The position numbers and the translations under genes were made by a program. Source: a virus (Duplodnaviria > Caudoviricetes). Taken from it: 41,157 nucleotides of DNA. Under the pieces are notes generated by a model. The model searched no databases, was not told the origin of the DNA, and saw nothing but the letters and a program-made list of their open reading frames with translations. Position 1 is the first letter of the stretch. Each line of letters starts with the position of its first letter. Below are positions 25,811-34,057 of this stretch, piece by piece. The stretch lies in IMG/VR virus record IMGVR_UViG_3300048897_000119, positions 1-41,157 of that record. The stretch is one strand, 5' to 3'.

Positions 25811-25904
25811 AACCGGCTGGAGCGAAGTGGAGATTCTCAACATGCCGGTGGAGCGTCGTAACAGCTACATCCTCGAGCTTAATGATCTCTACGCCAAAAA
25901 GTGA
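25773..25904 (+). CDS. tail chaperone C-terminal extension (gpE'/GT-like); separate ORF or +1 frameshift product
   Basis: LALKTGWSEVEILNMPVERR motif; +1 frame relative to the upstream ORF; TCG TTT CGA at 25739-47. Confidence 0.7.
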   Translation: MGEARNVLILALKTGWSEVEILNMPVERRNSYILELNDLYAKK

Positions 25905-25910
25905 ACGCAC

Positions 25911-28529
25911 ATGCGTGATGTTTACGAGCTTGCAATTCTCCTATCCCTTAAAGACGCTGCCAGCGGTGGCCTGAACCGCATAGAGGATCGCCTTCGCGCC
26001 GCTGGTAAAGAAGGGCGCGCCACCGTCAAAACCTTCCAGGATCTCAGAGCTGATCTAAAACGAGACCTAACAATCGCCGGCGCCGGTGTGGCCAGCCTCG
26101 CGATGTTGCGCGCAGGCGTACAGGAGGCTGGTAACTTTGAAGCGGCTATGGCGGATCTGCGTATGTCAATCGAAGAAGTCAGCGCGGACGGCCGCGTAAA
26201 CATGCAGAAACTCAATTCCGAGATCGGCCGCTTCGAAACCCTGGGGGTCCGGCTCGGCAACATGCTGCCTGGCACCACGCAGGATTTTATTGAAATGTTT
26301 TCGACGCTGAAGCAGGGCGGCCTCTCGACGGAAACGATTCTCAATGGCACCGGTGAGGCAGTCGCAAATCTCGCGGTTATTACAAAGCAGGTTCCTAAGG
26401 ATCTGGCTGAGCCGTTTGCGCAATACGCGCAGCAGTTTCAACTGACCGGTGAGGAGGCGAAGAAGCTCACCAGCGTGTTGGCAAAGATTCAGTTCGCTAC
26501 GGGGTTGAAACCGCAGGAGCTGATCGAGGGATCGAAGTTCTTCCAGCTACGTGCCGGCTTGCCGCTTGGACTGACCGGATTGTCAGGCGCGGACGTCAGC
26601 GGCCGATTACTCGCAACGCTGCGAAGCTTCGGTTTGGAAGGAGGCATCGGTGGCCGTGAGCTGGGCGGCTTCATGCTCTCGCTGAACTTCAACACTAAAG
26701 ACAAACAGAAGATGCTGGCTGAGCTGAAAAGCCAGAAAGGAATAGAGCTCCAGTTCTTCGATAAGAAGGGATCGTTCCTCGGCATGGAGAATGTCTTCAA
26801 GCAGATGGAAAAGTTCCGGAAGCTCAGCACTCAGGAGCAGCTGAAGTTCGGCGAGAAGCTTTTCGATCGCGAAGGTATGGCGATCGCGTCCGTGTTCATG
26901 AAAGCGGGCGTCGAAGGCTGGCACAAAATCAATCAGCGCATCGACAAAATTCCGGACCAGCAGGATCTGATCAATCAGAAGACCGCAACCTACAATGCAA
27001 AGCTCGAAGCCGTTAAAGGTACTTTGACAAATCTGGAGGCGACCGCATTCACGCCGATGCTTGATAGGCTGAAACCACTACTGGACCTTACCAACCAGGA
27101 AGTCGGCAGCCTGCAGGAGTGGGCTAAAGCCAACCCAGGTATCACAGGCACAGCGACGGCTCTGTTTGCAATGGGCGGAGTGACCCTTACCGTGGTCGGC
27201 GGCATCGGCGCAATGACTACCGCCTGGCGGCTCTGGAAAATTGCATCGTCAGTCGGGATCAACGAAGCCGGCCAGCTTACATTCCTGCGTACTCTGCGAG
27301 CAGAGACCACTGCGACGTCGACGACCATGACGGTGGCCGCCGGCCGCGCCGGTTTGTACAGCAGGACGCTCGGCCGGATTCCGTCGACAGTCACCACCAC
27401 CATCGCGCTCATCGGCGTCGAATATGCGATCACCAAGCTGGTCGAACTGATCAACACGCTTCACGAGTACGAGGAAGCAAAGAGCCACGAGCATCAGGCA
27501 GGACAAAAGGGCGTTCAGTCGCTTCGTAATCTGGAGCAGGATTACCAGCGCCGTGGTGAACCTGTTCCTGTTAATGTCTACTCTGAAAGAGCCAGAGATG
27601 TGATTGCGGTTTTAAATCGTGAGAATGAGCTGCGAGAATCGCTCGAGCCAGGCAGCCACTTCTTCAGTGGGTTATTCAAGTTCCTCACTTTCCAGCCGGA
27701 GAATCCCTACGCCGGCGGACCGAGCAATACCTTCGATCCGGCCAGAGCCAGCTATACGATTAAGGAACGTGCGCCTGAGCTCGCCAGCCCTGAAATAATG
27801 GTGGAGTTCCTTAAGCGACTGCGAGAGTTTCAACTGCCCGCCGAGAAACAGGGCCAGACTCAGCTCGCCGAGATCCAGCGTAAAGAACTGTCTGAAGCAA
27901 TCGAAAAGGCGTTTCCGGAAAGCTTTCAAAAAGCGATGGGCGTAATGAACCTGCAATCGCTCACCGGACTCGATACCACCTACAATTCGGTGACAAAGAG
28001 TCTTCAAGAGCTGCAGCAGCCGATCAATGCGTTGCCTGCTCCGCTCACAAAGACGAGCGACGCGGCGACGCGCGCGGCAGCAAATCTCGATCGCTTTTCC
28101 GGACGGTTGGCAGGCTTTCAAATTCCTGATCTTACAAGGCCCGCTGGTCCACAGCCTGGACAGCCGGCGTTTACCTTTACGCCAACTCCGGTGCCGAGCC
28201 GCGCGACCGGCGGCATCGTGCGCCGTGGCGGGTTCGTTGAGGTGCACGATCGTGAAGCCATTGTGCCGGCGAGTGTCACCGACAGGTGGCATGACGGAAT
28301 CGAAAGAGTGCCGCTGCGCGATGATGTCGCACGCACGATCCTTACAGAAAGAACGGCGGCGGCGCCGACGGTGCAGATGACAGTAACTTACGCGCCGCAC
28401 GTCGAGATTACCGGCGACACAGACGCCCACGCGATAGGCCAGATGCTGCAGCTGCATTCACGCGAGCTGCTTGGTCAGATGGAGCGGGGCATAACGGGAA
28501 AGCTCGATCATTACAAGGAGCGAGGTTAG
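25911..28529 (+). CDS. tail tape measure protein
   Basis: 872 aa, Ala/Gly/Leu-rich helical; LSLKD.AS N-terminus, FEAAMA; follows chaperones. Confidence 0.93.
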   Translation: MRDVYELAILLSLKDAASGGLNRIEDRLRAAGKEGRATVKTFQDLRADLKRDLTIAGAGVASLAMLRAGVQEAGNFEAAMADLRMSIEEVSADGRVNMQKLNSEIGRFETLGVRLGNMLPGTTQDFIEMFSTLKQGGLSTETILNGTGEAVANLAVITKQVPKDLAEPFAQYAQQFQLTGEEAKKLTSVLAKIQFATGLKPQELIEGSKFFQLRAGLPLGLTGLSGADVSGRLLATLRSFGLEGGIGGRELGGFMLSLNFNTKDKQKMLAELKSQKGIELQFFDKKGSFLGMENVFKQMEKFRKLSTQEQLKFGEKLFDREGMAIASVFMKAGVEGWHKINQRIDKIPDQQDLINQKTATYNAKLEAVKGTLTNLEATAFTPMLDRLKPLLDLTNQEVGSLQEWAKANPGITGTATALFAMGGVTLTVVGGIGAMTTAWRLWKIASSVGINEAGQLTFLRTLRAETTATSTTMTVAAGRAGLYSRTLGRIPSTVTTTIALIGVEYAITKLVELINTLHEYEEAKSHEHQAGQKGVQSLRNLEQDYQRRGEPVPVNVYSERARDVIAVLNRENELRESLEPGSHFFSGLFKFLTFQPENPYAGGPSNTFDPARASYTIKERAPELASPEIMVEFLKRLREFQLPAEKQGQTQLAEIQRKELSEAIEKAFPESFQKAMGVMNLQSLTGLDTTYNSVTKSLQELQQPINALPAPLTKTSDAATRAAANLDRFSGRLAGFQIPDLTRPAGPQPGQPAFTFTPTPVPSRATGGIVRRGGFVEVHDREAIVPASVTDRWHDGIERVPLRDDVARTILTERTAAAPTVQMTVTYAPHVEITGDTDAHAIGQMLQLHSRELLGQMERGITGKLDHYKERG

Positions 28530-29039
28530 TTGGCCCAACTAGGTCAATTCGTCTTAATCAATCTCGAGGGTAAAGGAACATTCGTTTTTGATCTCTTTCC
28601 TCGCGAGATTCAAAGTTCGCGGCGCACAGTGTGGGAGCCGCAGGACGTCACGCGCGGCACTAAACCATTGTTCTACGGCAATCGTGATCCAAAGCGGATC
28701 ACGATCAATGAAGTGGTGTTTGACGGTACCGAATTGAATGAATCCATCGAGCCGCAAATCGCCGCTCTCTACGCGCTGCAAAACGAGGACGCGCGGCTTG
28801 GCCGGCCACCGATGCTGCTCGCGATTTGGGGAGATCGGCAGGAACGTTGCGTGCTTGAGGAAATATCGATCGTTGAGAAGTTCTTTTCTACGAGTGGTGA
28901 GCCCTTGCGCGCGATGGTAAGCATGCAGCTCGTGGAGATCCAGGAGCAGGGTGAAGCAACCAGTCTGAGCGTGAACGATGAAGTTGAAGCACCGCCCGAA
29001 ATCCGCACAGGTCGACCAGTGTTTGGACCACAACCGTGA
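28530..29039 (+). CDS. tail tube initiator / baseplate tube-like protein
   Basis: TTG start; F...P.EI, PP.LL.IWG, F...GEPLRA.V...L.E. Confidence 0.8.
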   Translation: MAQLGQFVLINLEGKGTFVFDLFPREIQSSRRTVWEPQDVTRGTKPLFYGNRDPKRITINEVVFDGTELNESIEPQIAALYALQNEDARLGRPPMLLAIWGDRQERCVLEEISIVEKFFSTSGEPLRAMVSMQLVEIQEQGEATSLSVNDEVEAPPEIRTGRPVFGPQP

Positions 29040-29284
29040 GAAGTCTTACCCCTTATGAACGATTCGGGCAACCAAGCCCCGACGCAGACGCTCACCTCGA
29101 GGAGTATACGGTGCGCGCCGGCGACACAATATCGGGCATCGCTAATCGGTTCTATGGCGATTGGCGTTTGTGGCGCTTGATAGCGGATCGCAACGAGCTG
29201 GTCGACGTGCGCGAGCTGTCGATCGGCACGCGCCTGCTGCTTCCACCGAAGCCGCTTGAGAAAGGACGGTTTGAATCGACATGA
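29036..29284 (+). CDS. LysM-domain baseplate protein (gpX-like)
   Basis: YTVRAGDTISGIANRFYGDWRLWRLIADRN. Confidence 0.9.
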   Translation: MRSLTPYERFGQPSPDADAHLEEYTVRAGDTISGIANRFYGDWRLWRLIADRNELVDVRELSIGTRLLLPPKPLEKGRFEST

Positions 29285-30321
29285 GTAATCCGCATGCAAT
29301 AGTGGAGATCGACGGCTTTCAATGGGACTCCTGGAAGCATCCGAACTTATTCAGCCGTGTAACCGTCGAGCTCACCACGGGCATGGCGTCAGAAGCTGAG
29401 TGGGAATGCGTGGACGAGGACTTCCGGATTATTAACAAGTACACCGTGCAGGGCGGAGTGGCGTTCTCGGTGATGCGTGTGTGGCTTGGCTTTGGCGAGT
29501 CTCTCGGAGAACCAGTCTTTAAAGGCCTGCTCACTCGCGTTCAGCGCGGTGCCGCGCGAACGACGTTTGTTGCTTACGATATGGGCTTCAAGATGCGTCT
29601 GGTCCAAAAAGCCGAGTACCACAAAGGCACGGAACTGGAAATCATCGCAAAGCTGGTTAAACGCAACGGTCTGCTGTTTCAGGGTCCGGCAAAACCGCTG
29701 AAGCTAGAGGCGCACAAAGCTATGGCCCAGGACGGCCAGACGGATTGGGAGCATATCGCAGAGCTCGCGCACGACGCCGGCTTAATGCTTTGGTGTCGCG
29801 GAGACACGGTGTTTGCAGATTATCCGGCAAAGGTCGGGGTGCCGAAGACGACTCTGAAAAATCGGCAGGACTTTACGATCCTGAACGACTTCGATCTCAC
29901 GTTCAGAGTTCCGGAGAACAGAGGCGGCCGGCCAAAGGGTGTGGAAGTGCGTGGGCGGGGTCGTGGCGGCAAACGATTAACCGGATCTTCCGATAAGAGC
30001 AGTCGTGGCCATCAAGAGTTACTCATCAAGCGAGACCTTGCGCGACACACGAAAGCTTACGCAACCATGCGAGCACAGGCACAGAAGGAATTGGATCGCG
30101 AGCATGCTTTTACTCTTTTTGTTAGATCCATTTCTGCATTGCCTGACTCACGCGTTGACGTGCGGGACACGATCGCTATCGTGGAGGTGGGTGATCTCTT
30201 TAGTTCGAAAGGGCAAGCTGGTAAGCCGTCTGGTTACATTGCGGACAAGGTGGTCCATGAGCTTACTCCTGGCAGATTGACCACGAGCTACGATCTACAT
30301 CGCGACACGAGAGAGTCATGA
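29281..30321 (+). CDS. baseplate hub (gpD / gp27-like)
   Basis: VWLGFG...VFKG, Q.GQTDWE.I..LA...G, V.VRG; position. Confidence 0.85.
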   Translation: MSNPHAIVEIDGFQWDSWKHPNLFSRVTVELTTGMASEAEWECVDEDFRIINKYTVQGGVAFSVMRVWLGFGESLGEPVFKGLLTRVQRGAARTTFVAYDMGFKMRLVQKAEYHKGTELEIIAKLVKRNGLLFQGPAKPLKLEAHKAMAQDGQTDWEHIAELAHDAGLMLWCRGDTVFADYPAKVGVPKTTLKNRQDFTILNDFDLTFRVPENRGGRPKGVEVRGRGRGGKRLTGSSDKSSRGHQELLIKRDLARHTKAYATMRAQAQKELDREHAFTLFVRSISALPDSRVDVRDTIAIVEVGDLFSSKGQAGKPSGYIADKVVHELTPGRLTTSYDLHRDTRES

Positions 30322-30806
30322 GCAATCTATTTCAGCTACTTGGTGGAAAGCGCGCGACAGGTGAGCAGACGGCCAACTGGCTGCAGGGCCTAGAGGCGAT
30401 CGTGGCTGTGAACGAAGATCCGGAGCACCAGCATCGGATTAAGGTCGTCATCCCCTTCCTTGATGAAAACACGGTCTATGACAAATGGATTAGACCTATC
30501 GGCGTGTTTGTGCTGGGACCTGGTTATGGCTCTTTCTTTGTCCCGCCGTTGGGCAGCGAGGTAACTCTCTTTGCTCGCCTCGGCGGTAAGCACAATCTTT
30601 TTTATGCCGGCGCCTACAATGAAAGTTTTGTGGTGCCGGCAGATTTTAGAGATGCCGCTGTCTGTGGCATTCGCGCACCAGGCGAGCTGAAGCTCATCAG
30701 CGAGTTGGATCTGCAGCTGCGTTCAGGAAGAACTCACATTGAAGCAGACTCAACCGTGCGCATCATCGCGCCAGGCGGAGTGTTTATTAACGATCGACGC
30801 GTATGA
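30318..30806 (+). CDS. baseplate spike (gpV / gp5 OB-fold)
   Basis: V..NEDPE...RIKV..P, W.R, G.G.FF.PP.G.EV. Confidence 0.88.
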   Translation: MSNLFQLLGGKRATGEQTANWLQGLEAIVAVNEDPEHQHRIKVVIPFLDENTVYDKWIRPIGVFVLGPGYGSFFVPPLGSEVTLFARLGGKHNLFYAGAYNESFVVPADFRDAAVCGIRAPGELKLISELDLQLRSGRTHIEADSTVRIIAPGGVFINDRRV

Positions 30807-31330
30807 GTGGTCCAATCATACCGCAGCCGAAGCTGCCACACTTGCCGTTGCCGCACATCCGTGGCATTCCGAACATTCCGCACGTCGGTTGTTCCGGAGC
30901 AAGCGGCACGAGCTACCTCGGAGAGCAGTTTGGAAACCTGCCGGATCTGCATGCGGCGCTCGCCATGAAGAACCTGAAGAAAGCGATCGAAGAACAAATC
31001 TACGCGCTGATTCAAGGCGAGCTTCCGGACGCGGTCCGCCCACCGGTATATGCAGCGCGGGCGGCCCAGCTCATCAACGAAGTTGCGGAGTTGGTCCAGA
31101 CGTTGAACCAGGTGATCGCCGGAGTCATCGCCGAAGCAAATGCTTCAATCAATTTTATCAACGGGAAAATCAACGACATCAACGCCGCAAAAAATACTGT
31201 GCTGGCAATTCCGGCAGGCGCGCGAAGCGCAGTGCAGAGGTTGGCGCTGCAACGCTATAACGAATACCTGGGAGAGTTGAATGCGCAAGTCGGTCGGTTG
31301 CAGACTACGATCGGCTGCATTTCTTCGTAG
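30803..31330 (+). CDS. hypothetical helical/coiled-coil protein
   Basis: ATGA-type coupling to the spike gene; Pro-rich N-terminus then long helices. Confidence 0.7.
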   Translation: MSGPIIPQPKLPHLPLPHIRGIPNIPHVGCSGASGTSYLGEQFGNLPDLHAALAMKNLKKAIEEQIYALIQGELPDAVRPPVYAARAAQLINEVAELVQTLNQVIAGVIAEANASINFINGKINDINAAKNTVLAIPAGARSAVQRLALQRYNEYLGELNAQVGRLQTTIGCISS

Positions 31331-31347
31331 GTTTGTTATTAGAGTTA

Positions 31348-31566
31348 ATGATGGCATGGCGTTGCGTCAGGAATCCGAACGACGATTTTGTGCACATCAT
31401 TCCGATCGGAGATTTCGAGCCGCATGACGAAAGTGAAGATTGCCGTTGTGAGCCTTATAGGAAACCGGTGGATGGTGGCGCTCGCGATCTGCTGATACAT
31501 CGACCTTATGACGACTCTTTGTTGGACGGCGATAAAATAAAAGATTCTTTACACTCCGCCGGCTAA
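31348..31566 (+). CDS. small His/Cys metal-binding protein
   Basis: VHIIPIGDFEPH...CRCEP...LIH motif; start codon uncertain. Confidence 0.6.
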   Translation: MMAWRCVRNPNDDFVHIIPIGDFEPHDESEDCRCEPYRKPVDGGARDLLIHRPYDDSLLDGDKIKDSLHSAG

Positions 31567-31603
31567 CGTAACATACATGTTGCACAAGGGAATGCCTGAG
31601 TAA

Positions 31604-32011
31604 ATGTCGCTGCACGGTTCATGGCTAACTCATCCGATTCAGTTCGACCAGCGCGGGTCGCTGCAAACTACTGCCGATCGGTTGCAAATGGTTGCTCAAT
31701 CTATCGCCAGTATCGTGGAGACGCGTCAGGGCGAGCGGGTGATGGTGCCCGACTATGGCATTCCTGATTTCGTGTTCGAAGTGATGGACGCCGGATTCAG
31801 CGCACGCCTGGCGTACTTCCTTGAGCGACAGATCCGCAGGTACGAACCGCTGGTCGATCGCGTTTCGATTCGCGTAGGAACTCTGAAAGGCGACAAGTTT
31901 GCGCCAGGCTTCACGGCCGACGAACAGTTGGCAGCCATAGAAATCGAGTTTACTGTCCGCGGCTCAAACACACCAAGAAACCTGGTTTACCCTACGTGGG
32001 AGCTGCGGTAA
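31604..32011 (+). CDS. baseplate wedge subunit (gpW / T4 gp25-like)
   Basis: QSI..I..TR.GERVM.PDYG, I.RYEP.V. Confidence 0.92.
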   Translation: MSLHGSWLTHPIQFDQRGSLQTTADRLQMVAQSIASIVETRQGERVMVPDYGIPDFVFEVMDAGFSARLAYFLERQIRRYEPLVDRVSIRVGTLKGDKFAPGFTADEQLAAIEIEFTVRGSNTPRNLVYPTWELR

Positions 32012-32113
32012 TATCGTAGCTCCTCAGCACCGCACAGACGGTCCGGTAAACAAAATAACGAGAGGCTCCGCAGCAGCCCGTGCTTCAGCCGAAGCATGGG
32101 CCTTTTTGTTTTT
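31986..32113 (+). promoter_or_regulatory. late leader copy 4 (before baseplate J)
   Basis: TTTACC-17-TAATAT(32009-14); ACCG-cacaga-CGGT; AGAGGCTCCGCAGCAGCCC (32061-79); 11-bp stem 32076-86/32091-101 then CTTTTTGTTTTT and ATG. Confidence 0.8.
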
Positions 32114-33328
32114 ATGGCGTTACTTGTCCCTCCAGATCTCGACATTCGCGACGAAGAGCAGCTCGCCGCTGAAGCGATCGGGCGCGTGTCGGGCAGTCTT
32201 ACGGTCGAGCGGATCGACAGCCAGATCCTCAGCCTGCGCAAACTGCGAACACTGGTTGAGGGCGGGACCTTGAATGCGCCTATCTGTCCGGAGCTCGCAA
32301 ACGCAAACCCGTCCTCACCGCACACCGTTCTGCTGGAGACCTTTGGTTGGTTGATGGCGCAACAGGCCCGCCGCATCAACCAGCTGCCGGAAAGAGATCA
32401 AATTGAGTTTCACCGTCTCTTCGGCATTGAGCTGCGCGAGGCTACGGTGGCCACCACTGTGCTGCAGTTCACCGTCACGGCGGTTGAAGACACCGACGTC
32501 ATTATTCCGGATCAAACACAGGTCAGTACTCCCGATGGACAACTCACGTTCGAAACCGATCAGGAGATCATTATTCCTTTTCCTGAGACGGTTGGCTCAG
32601 TTGGCGCGACGCGGCGCACGGCCGGCCGAGTACTGCTCGCGCCAAACGCGCTGACTCAAATGATCGACCCGATCGCGTTTGTTGAATCGGTGACTAACCT
32701 GCAGCCGGTGGATTCCGGTACCGATGCAGAAACAGTGGAAGAAGCTTTAGCGCGAGCGCGTAACTTTCAGCGTCGTGCTGAACGACTGGTCTCCGCCAGG
32801 GATCTCGAAGACGCGATTCTCGAAGACGTGCTGCTCGGCTCCGGCATCGTCAAAGCCTTTCCCTTGATCATGGCCGGAGACTTCACGCAGCTGAATCACC
32901 CGCGCGCCGGCCACACCACGATCGTCGTCATGACTGAAACCGGAAACGCAGTCAGCGACGACGTTAAAGCGCGCATTGAAGAGACGATGAAGGAGGCGAT
33001 TGGCAGCCAGTTTATCTACGTCATCGATCCGCGATTCGTGCAGTTCAGCATCGAGGCCAGCATTAAGATCGAAGGCATCACGCCGCAGTCGGCAATCAAG
33101 GCCGGAGTTGAAAAAGCCCTCCGCGACTTTTACGGCACGAAGCGCGGCAACTTCGGCCGGCCGGTCCTCCGTTCCGAAATCATCGCCATTATCGAAGGTA
33201 CTCCTGGCGTCGATCGCATAGCTTCAGATGCGAATGGACCAATCGTCGGCAATCCGGCTGCAGATATACCACTCGCGCCTTACGAGCTGCCAAAGCTGAA
33301 CACGGTAACGCTGAATGTCGTCCCTTAA
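32114..33328 (+). CDS. baseplate J-like protein
   Basis: P.LD.R, LLE.F...INQLP, A...LQFT, V.N.....G.DAET.EEA..R, R.VS..D.E; start reassigned to ATG 32114. Confidence 0.92.
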   Translation: MALLVPPDLDIRDEEQLAAEAIGRVSGSLTVERIDSQILSLRKLRTLVEGGTLNAPICPELANANPSSPHTVLLETFGWLMAQQARRINQLPERDQIEFHRLFGIELREATVATTVLQFTVTAVEDTDVIIPDQTQVSTPDGQLTFETDQEIIIPFPETVGSVGATRRTAGRVLLAPNALTQMIDPIAFVESVTNLQPVDSGTDAETVEEALARARNFQRRAERLVSARDLEDAILEDVLLGSGIVKAFPLIMAGDFTQLNHPRAGHTTIVVMTETGNAVSDDVKARIEETMKEAIGSQFIYVIDPRFVQFSIEASIKIEGITPQSAIKAGVEKALRDFYGTKRGNFGRPVLRSEIIAIIEGTPGVDRIASDANGPIVGNPAADIPLAPYELPKLNTVTLNVVP

Positions 33329-33992
33329 TAATCTCGATTACCTGTATTCGCATTTGCCGGCGCGCCTGCGGCGTGACGACGAGACGCTGTTTTTGAAGCG
33401 GTTTTTGTCGTTCTTTGGAGAGACGTTGGATGGCTTCGATCGGCAGCTCGAGACTTTTTTTCAAACGATCGATCCCGAGAGCGCTTCACAAGCTTTCATC
33501 GACTGGTGGTTGTACTCGCTGTTTGGCTGGGGCTGGTTTCCGGAGTGGTTCACCGAGGATCGCCGTCGCGCATTCTATGCCGCAATTACCGGCCATTACG
33601 CCAGGCGCGGCACGATCGGCGGCATCAAGACTTTCCTCGCCGCTTTTGGACTCAGAGTCATCGTCGAAAAAGAACCACGCGTGTGGAGCGAAACGGCGTG
33701 GGGTGAAGACTCATGGACCGTGACCGCTCCCCTCGGAGTGGTGGTGCGGCTGCTTCCGGATGCGCCGGCGATCGCCGACGACTTGGAGTTCTGGATGGAA
33801 GCAACATTCGGCGAGGCCATTGGCGCAGCGCCAGGAGAAAACATTCAACGGGCGGATCTCGACGAGCTGCTTCGATTCGTGTGGCCACTCGGCAACATCA
33901 TCATGATCGAAGACCTGCCTTTTCAAACGGAACAGACGGGCGAGCCGTTCACTTACGGCGAAGCCGAATACGGGGAAGAAATTCCAGGATGA
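33315..33992 (+). CDS. baseplate/tail protein I (P2 gpI-like)
   Basis: LY..LPA..R..D, FL.RFL..F, DP....F..WL...GW, Y.RRGT..GI. Confidence 0.85.
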   Translation: MSSLNNLDYLYSHLPARLRRDDETLFLKRFLSFFGETLDGFDRQLETFFQTIDPESASQAFIDWWLYSLFGWGWFPEWFTEDRRRAFYAAITGHYARRGTIGGIKTFLAAFGLRVIVEKEPRVWSETAWGEDSWTVTAPLGVVVRLLPDAPAIADDLEFWMEATFGEAIGAAPGENIQRADLDELLRFVWPLGNIIMIEDLPFQTEQTGEPFTYGEAEYGEEIPG

Positions 33993-34003
33993 AGGAGACT
34001 GTA

Positions 34004-34057
34004 ATGAGAGCATTGTTAATATTGAGAGCATTGTTGCCATTGAGAGCATTGTTGCCA
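34004..34057 (+). repeat. 18-bp tandem repeat x3 in the signal-peptide coding region
   Basis: atgagagcattgttaata / ttgagagcattgttgcca / ttgagagcattgttgcca, encoding MRALLI-LRALLP-LRALLP. Confidence 0.92.

Noticed and set aside
6935-32079. AGAGGCTC..GCAGCCC repeats as CRISPR repeats, att sites or Mu-end transposase sites
   Set aside because: Dispersed kilobases apart with no spacer periodicity or cas genes; always between a promoter and a terminator stem in the same orientation
23077-33992. Stand-alone eCIS/tailocin
   Set aside because: Terminase, portal, protease and capsid genes are present and appear intact, so this is a phage
33713-34003. 97-aa N-terminal extension of the 779-aa ORF
   Set aside because: Overlaps gpI in another frame and is Arg-rich off-frame sequence; the AAGGAG RBS and signal peptide support ATG 34004
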